Below, piece by piece: positions 36,071 through 50,092 of a DNA stretch of 64,000 nt. This DNA is from Tubulanus polymorphus (lineage: Eukaryota; Animalia; Nemertea): positions 4,240,175 to 4,304,174 of the forward strand of contig NC_134032.1 in assembly GCF_964204645.1 (NCBI RefSeq). The letters run 5' to 3'. Positions within the stretch are counted from its first letter, which is position 1. Each line of letters starts with the position of its first letter. Made by a program: the position numbers and the translations under genes. The notes below the pieces were generated by a model. That model saw only the letters and a program-made list of their open reading frames with translations, made no database searches and had not been told where the DNA came from.

Positions 36071-38954
36071 ATGGCAAGCCAGAAAAGCCGCCTTAGTGTA
36101 CTTGATGTTGTCGATGCGCTCGATGGTGATGTCAGTGATCTATCTGAACTCGACGATGGAAGTGATGATGATGAAGAATCAGATGTATTAGATCAAGATG
36201 TCCAGGATACTGATAGTGATGACGATGATGATGGTTTTAGTTCGGAAGATGATGTGCCACCGTCGACGTTTGGTACGGGTACCAGTAAGAAAAAAACGGG
36301 TAAAAAAGGTTCAAATGCCCTAGCTACTGTATGGAAAACCCAGAATTATGTTCCTCCTGATCACACTTTCTCTGGAAGTGCTCTTACTGTTCCAAATGCA
36401 GTGAAATCACCGTATGAATATTTTAGAGAATTTATTACTGATGAAATGTTGGATGCAGTTTGTGAAATGACGAATTTGTACAGCGTCCAGAAAAATGGCA
36501 AGAGCGCAAATTTGAAACGAAAAGAACTACAACAGCTTATTGGAATGTTTTTCCGAATGGGACTCCTAAAAATGTCGGGAGTGCGATCATAGTGGGAAAC
36601 TGAAACTAGAGTGTCGATGGTGGCCAATGTGATGAGTAGGGATCGGTTCCGCCTACTGCAAACTGTATTACATTTCGTTGACAACAATAATGCTACAGAT
36701 GAAACTAAAAAAGATAAAGTATGGAAAATCCGGCCGTGGCTGAAAAGTCTGCGTGATAATTGCCTAGCAGTAGAACCCGAGGAGCATAATTCCATCGACG
36801 AAATGATGGTTCCCTTCAAGGGAAAATATAGTTCCATCCGTCAATACATCCAAAATAAACCCCACAAGTGGGGTCTGAAGATATGCGTGCAGGCACGTAC
36901 CACTGGCATCGTTATGGATTTCGATGTTTACCAAGTTGCAGGTGGCAGAGTATCAGAATTAGGTGTAGGTGCAAATGCGGTGGTGAAATTATCAGAAACC
37001 CTGCCGAGAAACCAAAATTATAAAGTGACTGCTGACAATTTGTTCTCATCAGTTGGGCTGGTACGTAAAATGACGTCAATGGGTATGCATTACACTGGAA
37101 CAATGCGAAAAAATCGACTCCAAGGATGCCCAATAATGACGGATAAGGAACTTGAAAAAAATCCAGGGGATCATATGATGTATACGTAGAAACCAATCTA
37201 AATGCCGCCATGGTAAAATGGTATGACAACCGTTGCGTTACAGTGATCTCATCATTCTATGCTACTGAGCCCACCGATGAAGTCGACCGCTGGGACAAAT
37301 AAATTGCCCATGGGCAAAGTGTGGTTTACCTTGAAAGCTAGAGGTTGTTTGGGGTAAGGGCATTGCTTGAAAAATCTTTTTAATTCGTGACTTCAAAGTT
37401 CTATGTTGTATTTCATCTTTCTCAAAGAATTATTTTGTTGTCAAATAAGACCAAAAAGATACATTTCGTAGGGTACAGGTAGGCGCGGCACGGAAACTAT
37501 TTTATATGTTCAAAGAAATATTTTTCAAAATATGAAAAAATATTCAAACAAAATTCACATGGTGTCACATATCAGAGGGTGGCTGAATATTTAGTCTTGG
37601 AAACCTCTTGCAATGTATGGCCGCGGAATCTAAACCGGCGCAGTAAGAAATTGGCGTATTAGATCGTTTTAAATCCTGGAATTTACTACTACAATATTCA
37701 GACCTCGACCTATACTTGTAGTTTGCTGCTTAATATTTTCAGGTCACAAGAAATTACAATTCATTATAAATCATATCAAACAGAAAACATAGCGCTCATC
37801 TTCTGTTGATGAAATGTCAGACGCGCCAGCAAGCAGCGTTTACAGTATCACTATAGTAGTGTATACTGTACGAGCGTGTGTTTGTGTATGCAACAGTCTA
37901 TAGCACTCCGCGCGCACGTGGAGGCCTTGTGTAAGTGAATGTTCGCTTGTACTTCAGTGTCAATCAAATCAATCTCCGGGTATTAAAATGAAACATTACC
38001 TATGGTGGATAATAATTACATTCTCATCAGCAATGAGCATTTGAAATTTGCATGTATACGGCACCTAGTCCAATGAAACGTTCGCCATTCCAGCTTTCCC
38101 ATAATTATTTTAGTAGCGCCGGAATCCCCGTATATCCCAAAAACAGCCAATCACATTCGCTCGTAGAGACAACGCCCCCAATCGAGGTCATTGCAATTTT
38201 ATACGCGAGAGCTAAGAATTTTCCCGCCAAAAACAGTTTATCGTAGAATTTTAACAAAGTTGATCATGTACATAGACGGAGGTTCGTCATGTCTTCAAGC
38301 GCATCGATTATACGTCGTTTAACCCGAGAACCAATGAATCAAATGCTCACATAAAAAAACGTACCGCGATTTTACATGAAATTGGCTCAATGCCAACTTC
38401 ATATCGCTGACAAAGGTAAACCAAAAACAAAAAAAATTGTCAAAGTCAAGCGACCTTATGCCATAAAAATCTACAACGAGTCAATGGGCGGAGTCGAACT
38501 GGTCGATAGCTGTATATCGTTGTACAAGTACAACCTAAAATCCTGCCGATGGTACCTATATCTGTTCGGGCGCAGCCTCATGATAGCTGAAGTAAACGCA
38601 TGGCAGCAGCTGTATCGTAGAGACTGTAGGCTGGTTGGCAGACCAAAGAAAGAAGTCATCAGAAATAGGAAATTTCAGTCTCATCTAGCATCGACCCTAA
38701 TAATGATAAATGCGGAAAGGAAACGGGGACGTCCCTTGGACGATGAAAAGTCACCTAAACCACCAAAGGTTGTAAGAAAAGGTCCAGTGAGTGATGTTCA
38801 GAAAGACCGCTATGCACATTGGCCAGTCAAGCTTCAGAAACGGGGACGTTGTAAGAACTGTACGGATGGATACACATACACCGCCTGCGAAAAATGCAAT
38901 GTCCGTCTCTGTTTCAATGATAAGAGGAATTGTTATATGAAGTATCATACATAA
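36071..38954 (+). pseudogene. piggyBac transposase (PGBD-like), disrupted
   Basis: Acidic N-terminus, IDEMMVPFKG, KPHKWG, ADNLFSS, GTMRKNR, WYDNR, YNESMGGV and a C-terminal CxxC...CxxC...C...C..H finger; stop at 36590, frameshift and a 1.1 kb insertion. Confidence 0.9.
37300..38423. mobile_element. Non-coding insertion within the piggyBac transposase
   Basis: Splits VDRWDK from KTKKIVKVKRP; short inverted repeat tggtttacctt (37322) / aaggtaaacca (38413). Confidence 0.65.
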
Positions 38955-41331
38955 ATCTACTGAAAAGGTGTCATTTATAATAGAAAATTAATCTGTAGTG
39001 TGAATAAAGTCTTGAAATAGTTTGCATATTTTGATCGTTTTGGTGACGTCGGAGCCTGGAGCTGGGAAACCAATAGGGATGTGCTAGTTGTACCCCATAC
39101 AGTCTGTATTTAGTGGGAAACATTTTTTTGGGAACCGTAAGTTGGTTCAGGCCCATGAGGGTTAAGGTTGAAGAAAACCAGATGGACTGGGACCAACACT
39201 TACCATACGTGACCATGGCGTACAGGGCGACGATACACGATGCAACCGGGTTTAGCCCAAACCGATTTATGTTGGGTCGCGAAATTGACCTACCCATTGA
39301 CGTAATCATAGGTGGTCCTCGCTGCGAAATTCCGGTCCTCAGCAGTCAATACATTATTGAAATGAAGCACCGGTTATCAGAGTCTTTTCACGAGGTCCGC
39401 AAACAAACTCATAAGCGAGCTGAAAGGAACAAAACACAATACAATGTCAAACCACACACCTTTGCGATAGATTCTTGAGTCTGGCTGTATACCCCTTCCA
39501 CAATGCCGGGTAGAACGAAAAAGCTATCATGCTTTTGGTCTGGGCCATGTACCATACTTAAGAATCTTAACGATGTAATTTTTCGTGTCAGACTTCCCTA
39601 TGAGAAATGCGTCCATAGCGACCGGTTAAAAGAGTATCTCGTAACAAATGATGTCATTTCTCGGGGCAACACTGTTTCTCCTAGTGACGGTCCAAATCTC
39701 AACTGTCAACCGTACCAAACGAGAACTGGGCGTCCTATTCGCCCACCTAAACGCATGGGTTGGGACTGAGACTGATGTTCTAATCTCTGGTCTGTTTTTT
39801 TTCTTTCAGTTGAAGTTATTAAGACTAAAGCCATGAAAGAAAACCGACGAATTGGTATTGCAAATATCGTAAACGAAAGTTTTCGGCAAATACAACAAGA
39901 AGAAGCATCTTGAGTTCTACTGCGCGCCGTATAAATCTCGTGCTGGTTCATCGCCGTTCATATTCAAGCGGTTTTATAGATGTATGACGTGCGGTGAAGG
40001 AGCGGAAGACCGAGAAGAAGTGAAAGCACACATCGAACACAACCATTATAAGATCTTCAAAGATAAAGGATTGAAATACTTAGGTCTAATCAAGCTGCTA
40101 GAAGAAACAGAATCGAAACCGGTGTTGAAAAGCGCGGTCTCAAAAATAAATGCAGACCCCGCACCCGTGACCGTAAAATTGGCGACGAATTTGTTGCAAT
40201 GCTGTCCCTGAAGAAAATTTTACAGACATGCCAATACTTACCTTAGACGACATGGACATTGAACTTGCCAAATTGTTTGATGACCTCGACAAGGTCATAC
40301 CGGAACCTGCCGATTCAGTTCAGGAGGTAAAGAAACAGTGAACGAAGACCAAGGATCGCGAACCGTATTAATCAGTAAGAGGAAACCCGTCGAACCGGTA
40401 GCTGTAAATAATCCGATTCCGTCCGATTCCGATCTCGTATCTCCCGTTTTAACGGATAAGTCCACCACGAACGACGCGTGGAAACTCATTTCTCTCGACA
40501 ACACGACGTCAACGCCCTGCGATCCGCGGATTCCGATTCAGGTCATCCACCGGCACGAACTGTGGGGCGGCAGTATTTCTATTGAGGGTCGGCCCGGTGA
40601 CCAATTCGACTGTAAATTTTGTTCCATTCAGGAAGAAATGAAAGAGAGAATGATTGAGAAACCTGATTCGTAATCATAGAATTCGTGCGGACTGTTAATG
40701 TATTGTTGATGTAATGTATTTAATGTAATAATGAATTTTTCCTTTTATATGTAGTTTGTTCGCCTGTTCTGGATGGGCGCATTCAGGGCTGGTGGGGGGG
40801 GGGGGGGGCTGTGTAGCGGAAATTCCTGTTAAATACTTTTAGAAAGTTGTTGTTATAATGAATAGTTTCCGTTTTTCCGCTGCGGAGCCCTCGTCATTTT
40901 TTTCAATTGTAACGTTTTTGGGCGATAATTAGCTCGACCCTTTCATTTTTCATTTTACATTCTGCGCCTCATTTTCTCTGCCTATATTGATATAATTAAT
41001 TTCAGCTTCTATTAGTCAAAACTTTAGGCTGATCACTTTTCACTCTCACCTTATTTTACTATATTAGATCCCGATATACTATTTTCATGGTCTTTTAACT
41101 TTTTAATCGAGGAACTTTTGCTCGGCGGCCATTTTTTTGTGCTGTGTGATGTCATCCTCCATGCACGGTGACGTCACACTGCGCGGAATCTATACAAATG
41201 GGTCAGCGCGTGCAAACGTCACTCTCGTCTCAACCTACATAGATCAGGGGTAAACAATAACACGCGCCCTCCTGGCCTGAGGCAACCCAGGTCAGGCCGG
41301 GCTCTGACGTCAGTCTACTCGACGATTATCG

Positions 41332-42934
41332 ATGTATATACCTGCAGATACAGATAAACTACAGGAAGGCTACTTGCTAATGGATTTATCGATTTTAACT
41401 GGGGTATTCAGTGATTTAGTGAAGTGTCCGGAGTGTGCCGCTTCAGTGACAGCATCTGCGGACCTATCCAAAAAGGCCGGCATGGCACATTGTATAGTAT
41501 TACAATGTGAAAATTGTGCGTGGGAACATTCATTTTATACCTCCAAGTTGATTGAAAGAACTGGTAGTGGCACACCTTTCTATGAAGTCAACATTCGAAC
41601 TGTACATGCCTTCAGCGGCATCGGACAAGGACACGCGTCCATCGAAAAAATTTTGCCGGTTCGCAAACATGCCTCCGCCAATGAACAAAGCTGCATATAC
41701 AAATGTGATGAATAGAATTAATAAAAGCTATAAAACAGAGGCTGATATAAGCTGTGCTAGGGCAGCTGCTGGTGTTAGGTCCCTGGAAACAGGATTGGCG
41801 CAACCGGATGATGAACCTGTAGAAACGAGTGTTAGCGTCGACGGATCATGGCAAAAGCGGGGACACAGTTCTCATAATGGACTGGTTAGTGTCTTATCTA
41901 CCAAAAACTTTAAAGTGTTGGATGTAGATACATTGTCAAATCATTGCAGCAAATGTAAACAAATGGAAAAAAAGAAAGACACTCCAAAATATTTCCGATG
42001 GAAAGCGAAACACAATTGTCCACTTAATCATAGTGGAACCGCAAATGCCATGGAACCGGTCGGTGCGAAAAAAATATTTAATCGTTCTTTAGATAAGTAT
42101 AATCTGCTATATACTAGTTATTTATGAGATGGTGATAGCAGTTCATTCAAAGTTGTGAAAGCTGCTAAAGTTTATGGGAGTAAGGAGATTAAAAAACTAG
42201 AGTGTATAGGTCACGTGCAGAAACGGATTGGAACGGGCTTACGCGCCTTAGTGAAAAAGCACAAAATAGGTGGCAAAGGCAAACTGACAAAAAAATGTAT
42301 CGACAAACTGCAAAACTATTATGGTATGGCAATTAGAGAGAACTGTGGTAACATAAAAGACATGCAAAATGCAATATGGGCTGGACTATATCACGTTGCT
42401 TCTAATGATACACGGCCTCAGCATCATAAGTGCCCAAAAGGTGCTGACAGTTGGTGTGGTTTTAATTCAAACAGTGTTAAGTTCAGACATAGTTCTGGTT
42501 TATCAGATGATATAGTTCTAATAGTTAAGCCATTGTATGAACGACTTGCGGAGGAGGACCTATTAAAAAAGTGTTTGCACGGCGGCACTCAAAATTGTAA
42601 CGAAAATTTCAATGGAGTAGTTTGGGACTTGTGTCCCAAAAGCGTCCATGCTGGACGATTTACAGTTGAACTAGCTGTGTCCATGGCCATTTGCCAGTTT
42701 AATGATGGCTTACATTCGTCCCTCCTAAGTTTCTATGAAAGTATGAATATACAACCTGGCCGATTTACCGTTAAGAGTTCTATTGATCGAGATGTTCGGC
42801 GTGTTTTAATATCGATGCAACAAGGCTCAAAGACCATAAAAACCAAAAGAAAAAAGCTGAGAGCTACAAGAAAGGGTAACCAGGATTCAAATGAACAGTT
42901 AGAAGGAGAAACCTACCAAAGTGGTGCATTTTAA
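41332..42934 (+). pseudogene. Kolobok-type / 'Mutator-like' DDE transposase pseudogene
   Basis: CPEC..C..C finger, VDGSWQKRGHSSHNG, YL*DGDS, KLECIGHVQKR, LQNYYGMAIR, CLHGGTQNCNE; one frameshift and one stop. Probable right end CC|TTAA at 43493-43498. Confidence 0.8.
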
Positions 42935-43498
42935 GTGAAAAAGGTATAAATTCCTTAAGAATTTCTTAAAAATCGGTGTTTTCTCGGAAACATGATTTTT
43001 GGCTGACACACATTAGCAAAAACACGATTATGAAAAAAGTATTTGAGGTAGATTCTTGAAATTTGGAATACTTGTTATTTATACGTATTGCTAGTGCGTG
43101 TGCCTTGGAAAAGTTAATATCTACATCAGGCTAGGTTAGGTTCTTCTATGAATATATAATTAGGTCGAAAATTCCTGAAAAATTAAGTAGTTTCAACTTC
43201 GAAATTATTTTCTGACAAAATTAATTGATGTTAACACTAGTTGAAGGCACATGCACTAGTCATGAGAGTTATGAATCAAATGCTGAAAGAATTGTGTCAA
43301 TATATCAATTGGTTTATACTTTAGAGTGTTTTTGGTAAACCCCTCAAATTGCGCGTAAAAATCCACCTAATTAGCATAAATTAAGAAAATTAATTTTTGA
43401 ATGTGTAACATTTTCTATAGAGGTCACACTACCATAGGTATAATATTTGTAACTTGCTATTTCAAAAATTCAGAAATTCTACTATACCAATACCTTAA

Positions 43499-44466
43499 CT
43501 TCAGCGGATATACTAATTTTAGGATATTCAACATCTGTAATTATTTTTATAATATTTTTCATATTTTCTAAATGTTTTTTATTTTCTTCTAATGTTTTGC
43601 CTTCATAAAATTTTAAGTCAATTGCAGCTGGTCCAATATCACTTTTGAATGCTTCAATTATATCTATTTCTTTTTAAATTATCTAATGATTTTATATAAT
43701 TTTTAACATCTTCCATGTATGGCCTTTCATTGCTTATTTCATTTTTTATTCTTTTATCTTCTGTTTCTTATCATTATCTTTATCAAAATAATCTTCACCT
43801 TAAATATCATTATTCATATTTCTAATATGACTTTTAGATTTTAAATGTTCTTCATAATATCTTTTGTTGCTGAATGATTGATTACATGTATCACATTAAT
43901 ATATTTCTTTAATTCTTCTAATTTAGCTTCTAATATATCATCTTTATATTCTAACTTTAATTTATTCGCTAAATGTGTTTTAGTTTGATTATGTATTGCT
44001 TTTTGGGATTCATCTCTATTAATTTTACATGTCGGGCAGTAGTACTTATTTGCTTCCATTTTAATATCAAATTTTTTATTAAAATTGATTTTATATCATT
44101 CGAAATCTATATCATGATGCCTTTTTTCATTCTTACCTTTGTATATGAAATAGAAATCACCAGAACATAATTCTTCTAAATCTTCACTTGACAATCTATG
44201 AAATCTATCTGGTAAATATGTTCTGAATTTATATTTATTTCCTTTTAATCCTTCATATTCTAAGCGAATTATTAATTTATCTCCATATCTATTAGTAACT
44301 GTTTCAATATTAGTAATTAAATATTTCTTATGAATTGTTAATTCATTTTACTTCTTTAATCTACAGATTTGACATTTGTAGTATCTTTAATTCTATTTAA
44401 GAATTCACCGTGTATTTGTTTACTTTCCATTTTAATAACATATTTTTTTATTAAAATTGATTTTAG
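43499..44466 (-). mobile_element. AT-rich virus-like gene fragment (small ORFs)
   Basis: Closely packed minus-strand ORFs: 44430-44096 (frameshifted; KYLITNIETVTNRYG...RTYLPDRF) and 44059-43841 (YCPTC...H....H zinc-finger-like). Composition resembles 59.3-64 kb. Confidence 0.5.
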
Positions 44467-44478
44467 AAGTTTTTCATT

Positions 44479-44633
<155 letters not shown>

Positions 44634-44669
44634 AATTATTACAGTAATTGGGAATGTGTTTGTTCAGGT

Positions 44670-45230
44670 TAAAGGTGCGTGTTCTTGCACATCATAGTAT
44701 CCTATTTATCCTATTTGTGTTTGGAAGAGTAGATTCCAAGACGCTAGTCATGGAACTTGTTGCCGATAATAAGTGTGATTTAGCTCATTGCTTGGGTAAC
44801 AATACTTGGGATATGAGCCATTGGGTAGACATTTCATCTCAGTTATCTGCTGCTCCTAACTACATTCATTCCCATGGCATTCTACACAATGACTTATATG
44901 AAGGCAATGTTTTAGTGAGCAGCAGTAGAATATGCAATGTTTTTGACTTTGGAAAGGCGACACTTGTTAATACGTCAGGCAGTACTCATTGTCTGAGGAT
45001 GACAAACAGAGATACCGACTTCATCATCCCCAGATAGCACATGAGATTTTAAATGGGGCCCCCAGAGCATTCATTCAGATGTCTTCTCGCTGGGACGGAT
45101 AAAGATGATTTGCCACTTCCCTCCGAATCCACCAATTGTATTATATAAGCCGGGAATGTCGTGGACCCTTACCAGCAAAACGGCCATGCGCTGGGGTGGT
45201 TACTGCATCTGTTAATAGAACCATTGTATA
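44670..45230 (+). pseudogene. Protein kinase pseudogene fragment
   Basis: LVMELV, YIHSHGILHNDLYEGNVLV, FDFGKA, then frameshifted HPQIAHEILNG and SDVFSLG. Confidence 0.75.
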
Positions 45231-45883
45231 TAAGAATATGTGATTGGGCGAGGATATCATCTGAAAATTTGTCAGCATGCATTGTATTCTAATAAGAAAT
45301 TAAGTACAAGTAGTGTTTAACTCAAACCATAGTGAAAGGGCATTAATTTGTAATTTAGCTTAAATTCATTGGAATTTGAGTCAACTGTGCCTGTCTAAAG
45401 CCTGGCACACATGGGGCAATTTTAAGTCACTAGTTGCTGTGATCGTTACTGCAAGCAATTTTCGAGCAATCAATCGCTAGACGTTTCCTGTGTGCTATGA
45501 CTGGAGAAGGAGAGGCGATTATCTATATCTTATGACTTGTCAAATTTGCCGCATTAACTGCCGTGAAAGTTTTCGATTTTTAGAAGTATCACATGATAAA
45601 TGTTCGCTCACCCATTAGCTAGTTGATTTGTCGCTTGGCGATTCCAGCTACCGCACACACAGCAACTCCAAACGATCAATGACCAATTTCTAACTATCAA
45701 GCAATTTCTTTCAACAATTTCCGCAGATGAGCAACCCTTCGTTGCTAATGTTGCCAATGATGCGGATCTAAGAAGCATAGACTGGAAGAAGATCTTCAGA
45801 TACAGCAAAATTCGGATAATTTGGGACCAACAAAACTCATCCGGAAATCTGGATTAGAAGTCATTATCTGGTATATTAATTAG

Positions 45884-47150
45884 ACTAGGGGTCCAGGGAC
45901 ACCATGCCCACTTGGGAAGTGGTTCCAAATGCTCAACAATCTAACAATTTCAATATTCAACACCCCCTGGTGACCATATACAAAAACCAACGACCTTAAA
46001 ACTCACCGCAATCATAGAACATGTCAGCAGCTACGATTTTGTAATTGATTGTGATAACAAAATATGCCTCGTTACCAATTTAATATGGAAATACTAAGTT
46101 ATTCTACTATTCAACACCCCCTGGTGACCATATTCAAAACCCAATGACCTCGAAACTCACCACAATCATAGAACATGTCATGAACTACAACTTTGCAATT
46201 GATCATGGTAACAAAATATGCCTAGGTACCAATATAATAAGGAAATACTAAGTTATTCTATTACTCAACGCCCCCTGGTGACCATATAAAACAACTTATG
46301 TCCTTAAAACTCGCAAAAATCATAGATGATGTCATGAGCTGCAACTTTCCAATTGATTGTGGTAGCAAAATACGCTGAGGTATCATAGGTTATAGGCGAA
46401 TATAATAAAGAAATGCTAAGATATTGTATTATTCAATGCCCCCTGGTGGCCATATACAAAATCCAATGACCTTGAAACTCACCACAATCATAGAACACGT
46501 TATGAGCTACAACTTTCCAATTGATTGTGGTAGCAAAATACGCTGAGGTATCAATATAATGTGGAAAAACTTTTTCCCACTTACGAATGAGTACTGGTGA
46601 CACCAAGATGGCCGCCAATTGCGTCATAATTGGCTGATGAAAAATACCTGTCTCAGGTATAAAACATCCCTTTCCAAAGAATACCCATACAAATTGCAAT
46701 GAGAAATGGTAAACCAGTAGGAAGCTACAGGAGTCAGAATTCGGGCCAAAATTAACATTTTTGGGCACTAAAAAGGTCATAGGACGGCCATCTTGAGTTC
46801 GATCGACCCAATTTTTGTTATGCTGATGGGCCCTGGGGGGATGCACATATATCCGAAAGATCAAGGTATTTGATCAAAGCGTCTTCAAAATGTCCCTCAA
46901 AAAGTTCAAAAATGGGTAAAAAGTGCTGATTTTGGCGAACAACAATGGCTGCAAGTCGGCCATCTTGATTCTGGCAAGGCCAGTTTTTGGGGCTGAAGAT
47001 GTGTCTAGGGTAGATACACGTTTAACCCAAATATCAAGACATTACCTTGAAGCGTCTTCCAAAATATTTTGATTCCGTCTACGGACGGACGGACGACGGA
47101 CGAAAAGTGAACGCAATAGCCTGCTGGCTAAAGTCCCAAGTGGGCTAAAA
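45884..47150 (-). mobile_element. Complete HINE-like element
   Basis: Subterminal inverted repeat gcccacttggga (45906) / tcccaagtgggc (47134); ttttagccc start and ccgt microsatellite on the minus strand; ~160-bp satellite units; ends ...ggacccctagt. Confidence 0.75.
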
Positions 47151-47285
47151 ATGGGCTGCAAATACTGTCTGGAGTAGACCATTTGGCAATTGTGTGAATT
47201 GCCGTACAGGCCTAATTTGGCATCAGCCAAAAGTGCTCGTATGATCGTGGCTTAAATGTTTTGATAATTGTTTTCATTATCTCAG

Positions 47286-49720
47286 AAGGAGAAGATATTG
47301 AAAAGAAAGGCAGTTGTCCAGAAATCAGATGAGCTGCTGAAAAGAATAAAACAGAGGAAAGAGGTATTGATTTTGTATTTGTTGACTGATATATGTTATA
47401 ACAGTAAACCTCGCCTTACTCAGACATTACAGACTAGGATCTCAGGTAAGACGAGGTTTATTGTACAAAAGATTTTAATGAATGAAATTTGGTTTTAGCT
47501 GTGTCTTCCATTGCTATAAGGAGCGTATGTGCATAGGGAGTGACCCGCTCTATACTGAACAGCCCCCTATTAGTTCTTAGTTATTGAGAACTAATAGCAA
47601 TTAATGACCGGTGGTGGACATTTTAGCAAAAACTGGTTATTATCATAAAGAGATGATGGATGATTTGGGAATTAATACCCGTTAATGAAAATTGAATACC
47701 GAACAATTATATATGTGTGAATAGTTTCTCTTGATTTTGTATTCCAAGACACTTTGAGAGCAACTGTAGATTTTTCGTTGTATGTGCATTATTGCAAATT
47801 ATAAACAGTTTAGGTATCATCTGCCGATGCAGCACGGATGACGATTATGATGTTTATGCTGAATTGAAATCTGCAAAGAAAAAAATTAAGGATAAGGACA
47901 AGGAACTCCTGGTGTTGAGGATTTGAAATTATTACCTGCCACATAGTAAGTCCTCAAAATTCAACAAGAAAACTGATAATTGTTATGAAGGTGGAAAAAA
48001 TTGATATAATCTCGAATACTCAATTGGCATGATGAAAAGTCCATTTGCTTTCATGACTGAGGTATTTTGTATAAAAGTATTTTTATTACGCGTGACCTCT
48101 TTGCCACCTGGGATCGACCCCATTCCCACCTGCATGCATTTTATATGACATGTCAATGATATCAATCACATTTTATCCCTTTTCTAGAGATGCTAAGATT
48201 CTTGAATGAGAACCCAGGACCGTCGGCAGCAGTTGAATCGCCAAATACGAATGTTCATTATATTGGACAATTAAACTCGCCATCGCGTATACTGAAGGTT
48301 GTATCGCAACCGCCCAAACCCCTACTCCATCACAGAATTCAGCGAGATCATCAACCACCAGCTACTCCACGGAATTTGGCTATATCAAATCTGCCACAGA
48401 TATCATCACCGTCAACTCCAGTATCCACGCTTTCATCCCATGTGCCAGCTCTACCACAGATTGTTGAATTGAAGGAGACAGAGTGTTTAGACAGTGCGTC
48501 AAACTTGGTATGTACTAGTACTGAACGGAGAAGCAGAAGTTTGACTGGCTACCATTGTATACTTGATCAAACAAGCCAAAGACTTAATTATGTACGGAAG
48601 TGTCATCGGGACATGAGATAAATATATTTTTGGAATTAATTCTGACATTGTATCTTGGAATGATATCGCCTAACTTTTTAGTTCAATTGAAATTATTTTC
48701 TTTGAGATATTATGTCAGTATTAATTCAAAATTTTCTTCTCAATGGAAATTCCCATTACTTGCGGTCGTTGAGGCATTCACTCCAAGATAATATCTTGTA
48801 ATAAAATATTTAACATTTAATGAAAAGGCTTTTCAATTTAATTTCGAGATAATATCTTTTTTATTTACTGTTAAATATTTTATTTCGAGATATTGTCTTG
48901 AAATTAAGTCAAAAACATTTTTCTTAATTATTAAATTTTATTATTAATTATATTAATTATTAATTTAATTATTACTTTATTTGATAAAAACATATCCCCA
49001 GGACTGCGTGCGGGTTGAGGGAATTTGCATTGAATAAAGAGATTTGGTATGAATCATGATAAGGAAAACTAATTTCAATCAAATCAAAAAGTTTGGGGAT
49101 TTTATTCCGAGATATATAAATTCCAAAAATATTTTGTTTTACGTCAGGAAGCTTTTGTATTTATCAGATAAAATCGACAAAATTATGTGAAATTTGGAAA
49201 TGTTGAAGGGCCATTCATGTAAATCAGGAGGGATCGAAAATTTATCAATTCACCCTATGGCTAAATAACGTTTTCATCTCTTTCTTGCAGCTTGATTATT
49301 TGAATGAACCAGCACAGGTAGCTGTGAAGAAGGCTGTGAAGTTCAGCAAGTGTATACGAATAATTTTAGATTCGTTATTCACTTAAGAAATTCTGAAGAC
49401 TTCGTTGGAAAGGGAAATCACAATGTTCTTGAGATGGCAAAAGTCCGATTGTTAGTAGGTAGGATATACTTATTTTCATTTACTAAAATATCCTGCCAAC
49501 GATGCATAGCTTAAAATGTTAAAAGAAGAGTTCAAATTATGATTCCTTTCTGGGTAGCAAACGTGAACATCTATATAAATGATAATGAATTGATTTTTGT
49601 AGGTCCCTGGTCACGTTTAAGCAAGTCCCAAGCAGGCTATTTTGTTTGCTTTTCGTCCATCGACCATCCGCTTATTCAGTTGTTTCGGGCAGTTATAAAG
49701 ACATATAATATTGTAAAGTG
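47286..49720 (+). pseudogene. Degraded multi-exon coiled-coil / BEN-like gene
   Basis: AG/GT-bounded exon remnants KEKILKRK...RKE, YAELKSAKKKIKDKDKEL, a Pro/Ser-rich exon (48189-48507) and KFSKCIRIILDSLFT*EIL (BEN-like). Confidence 0.4.
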
Positions 49721-50092
49721 ACCTTTTTGTAGCTGAAAAGATCATGTTCTGTCTCAATTCCAAAACCTGTAGCTTCTTCATTAGATGGGTTTCAAAATTG
49801 TGGCTCGTAATATTTATCACTGTGGTGAGTTTCGAGGTCATGGTTTATTTTATTTGTCGAACTGGGGGTGTTGAATATTGAAATATTCTGACTGTTTAGC
49901 AAAAACGTTTTGGGGTCAAGGAAAAAGAAATAACTGCTGTCATTAGCCAAAAGTGCCAAGATGAGCGAAATCTGGAAACCAGGCTACAGCAAAAGCCATA
50001 ATACTATGGAAAAAAAAATTACTTTAGAAAATAGAAACCCTAGTATTGTTGAATATGGTGCTTTCGTTTTTGTCGGATGTTTCAACGAATAG

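Larger units (their letters stand above)
35579..39161 (+). mobile_element. piggyBac transposon inserted in the Gypsy integrase
   Basis: TIR ccctcatgggcc (35579-35590) / ggcccatgaggg (39150-39161); TTAA on the right, TAAA on the left. Excision restores the integrase frame LSIKVEENQ. Confidence 0.9.
32747..40820 (+). mobile_element. Degenerate Ty3/Gypsy LTR retrotransposon (PR-RT-RH-IN, 3' region, PPT)
   Basis: LVDTGA protease, YLDD RT, LDTDAS RNase H, integrase SDQG...NGVVERYNR resuming at 39166 (VEENQMDWD...TGFSP). G-rich PPT at 40791-40808 followed by TGTAGC. Confidence 0.9.

Noticed and set aside
40829-40832. Left TTAA end of the Kolobok-like element
   Set aside because: The following bases do not match the reverse complement of the right end (ggtattggtatag); the left end is probably deleted.
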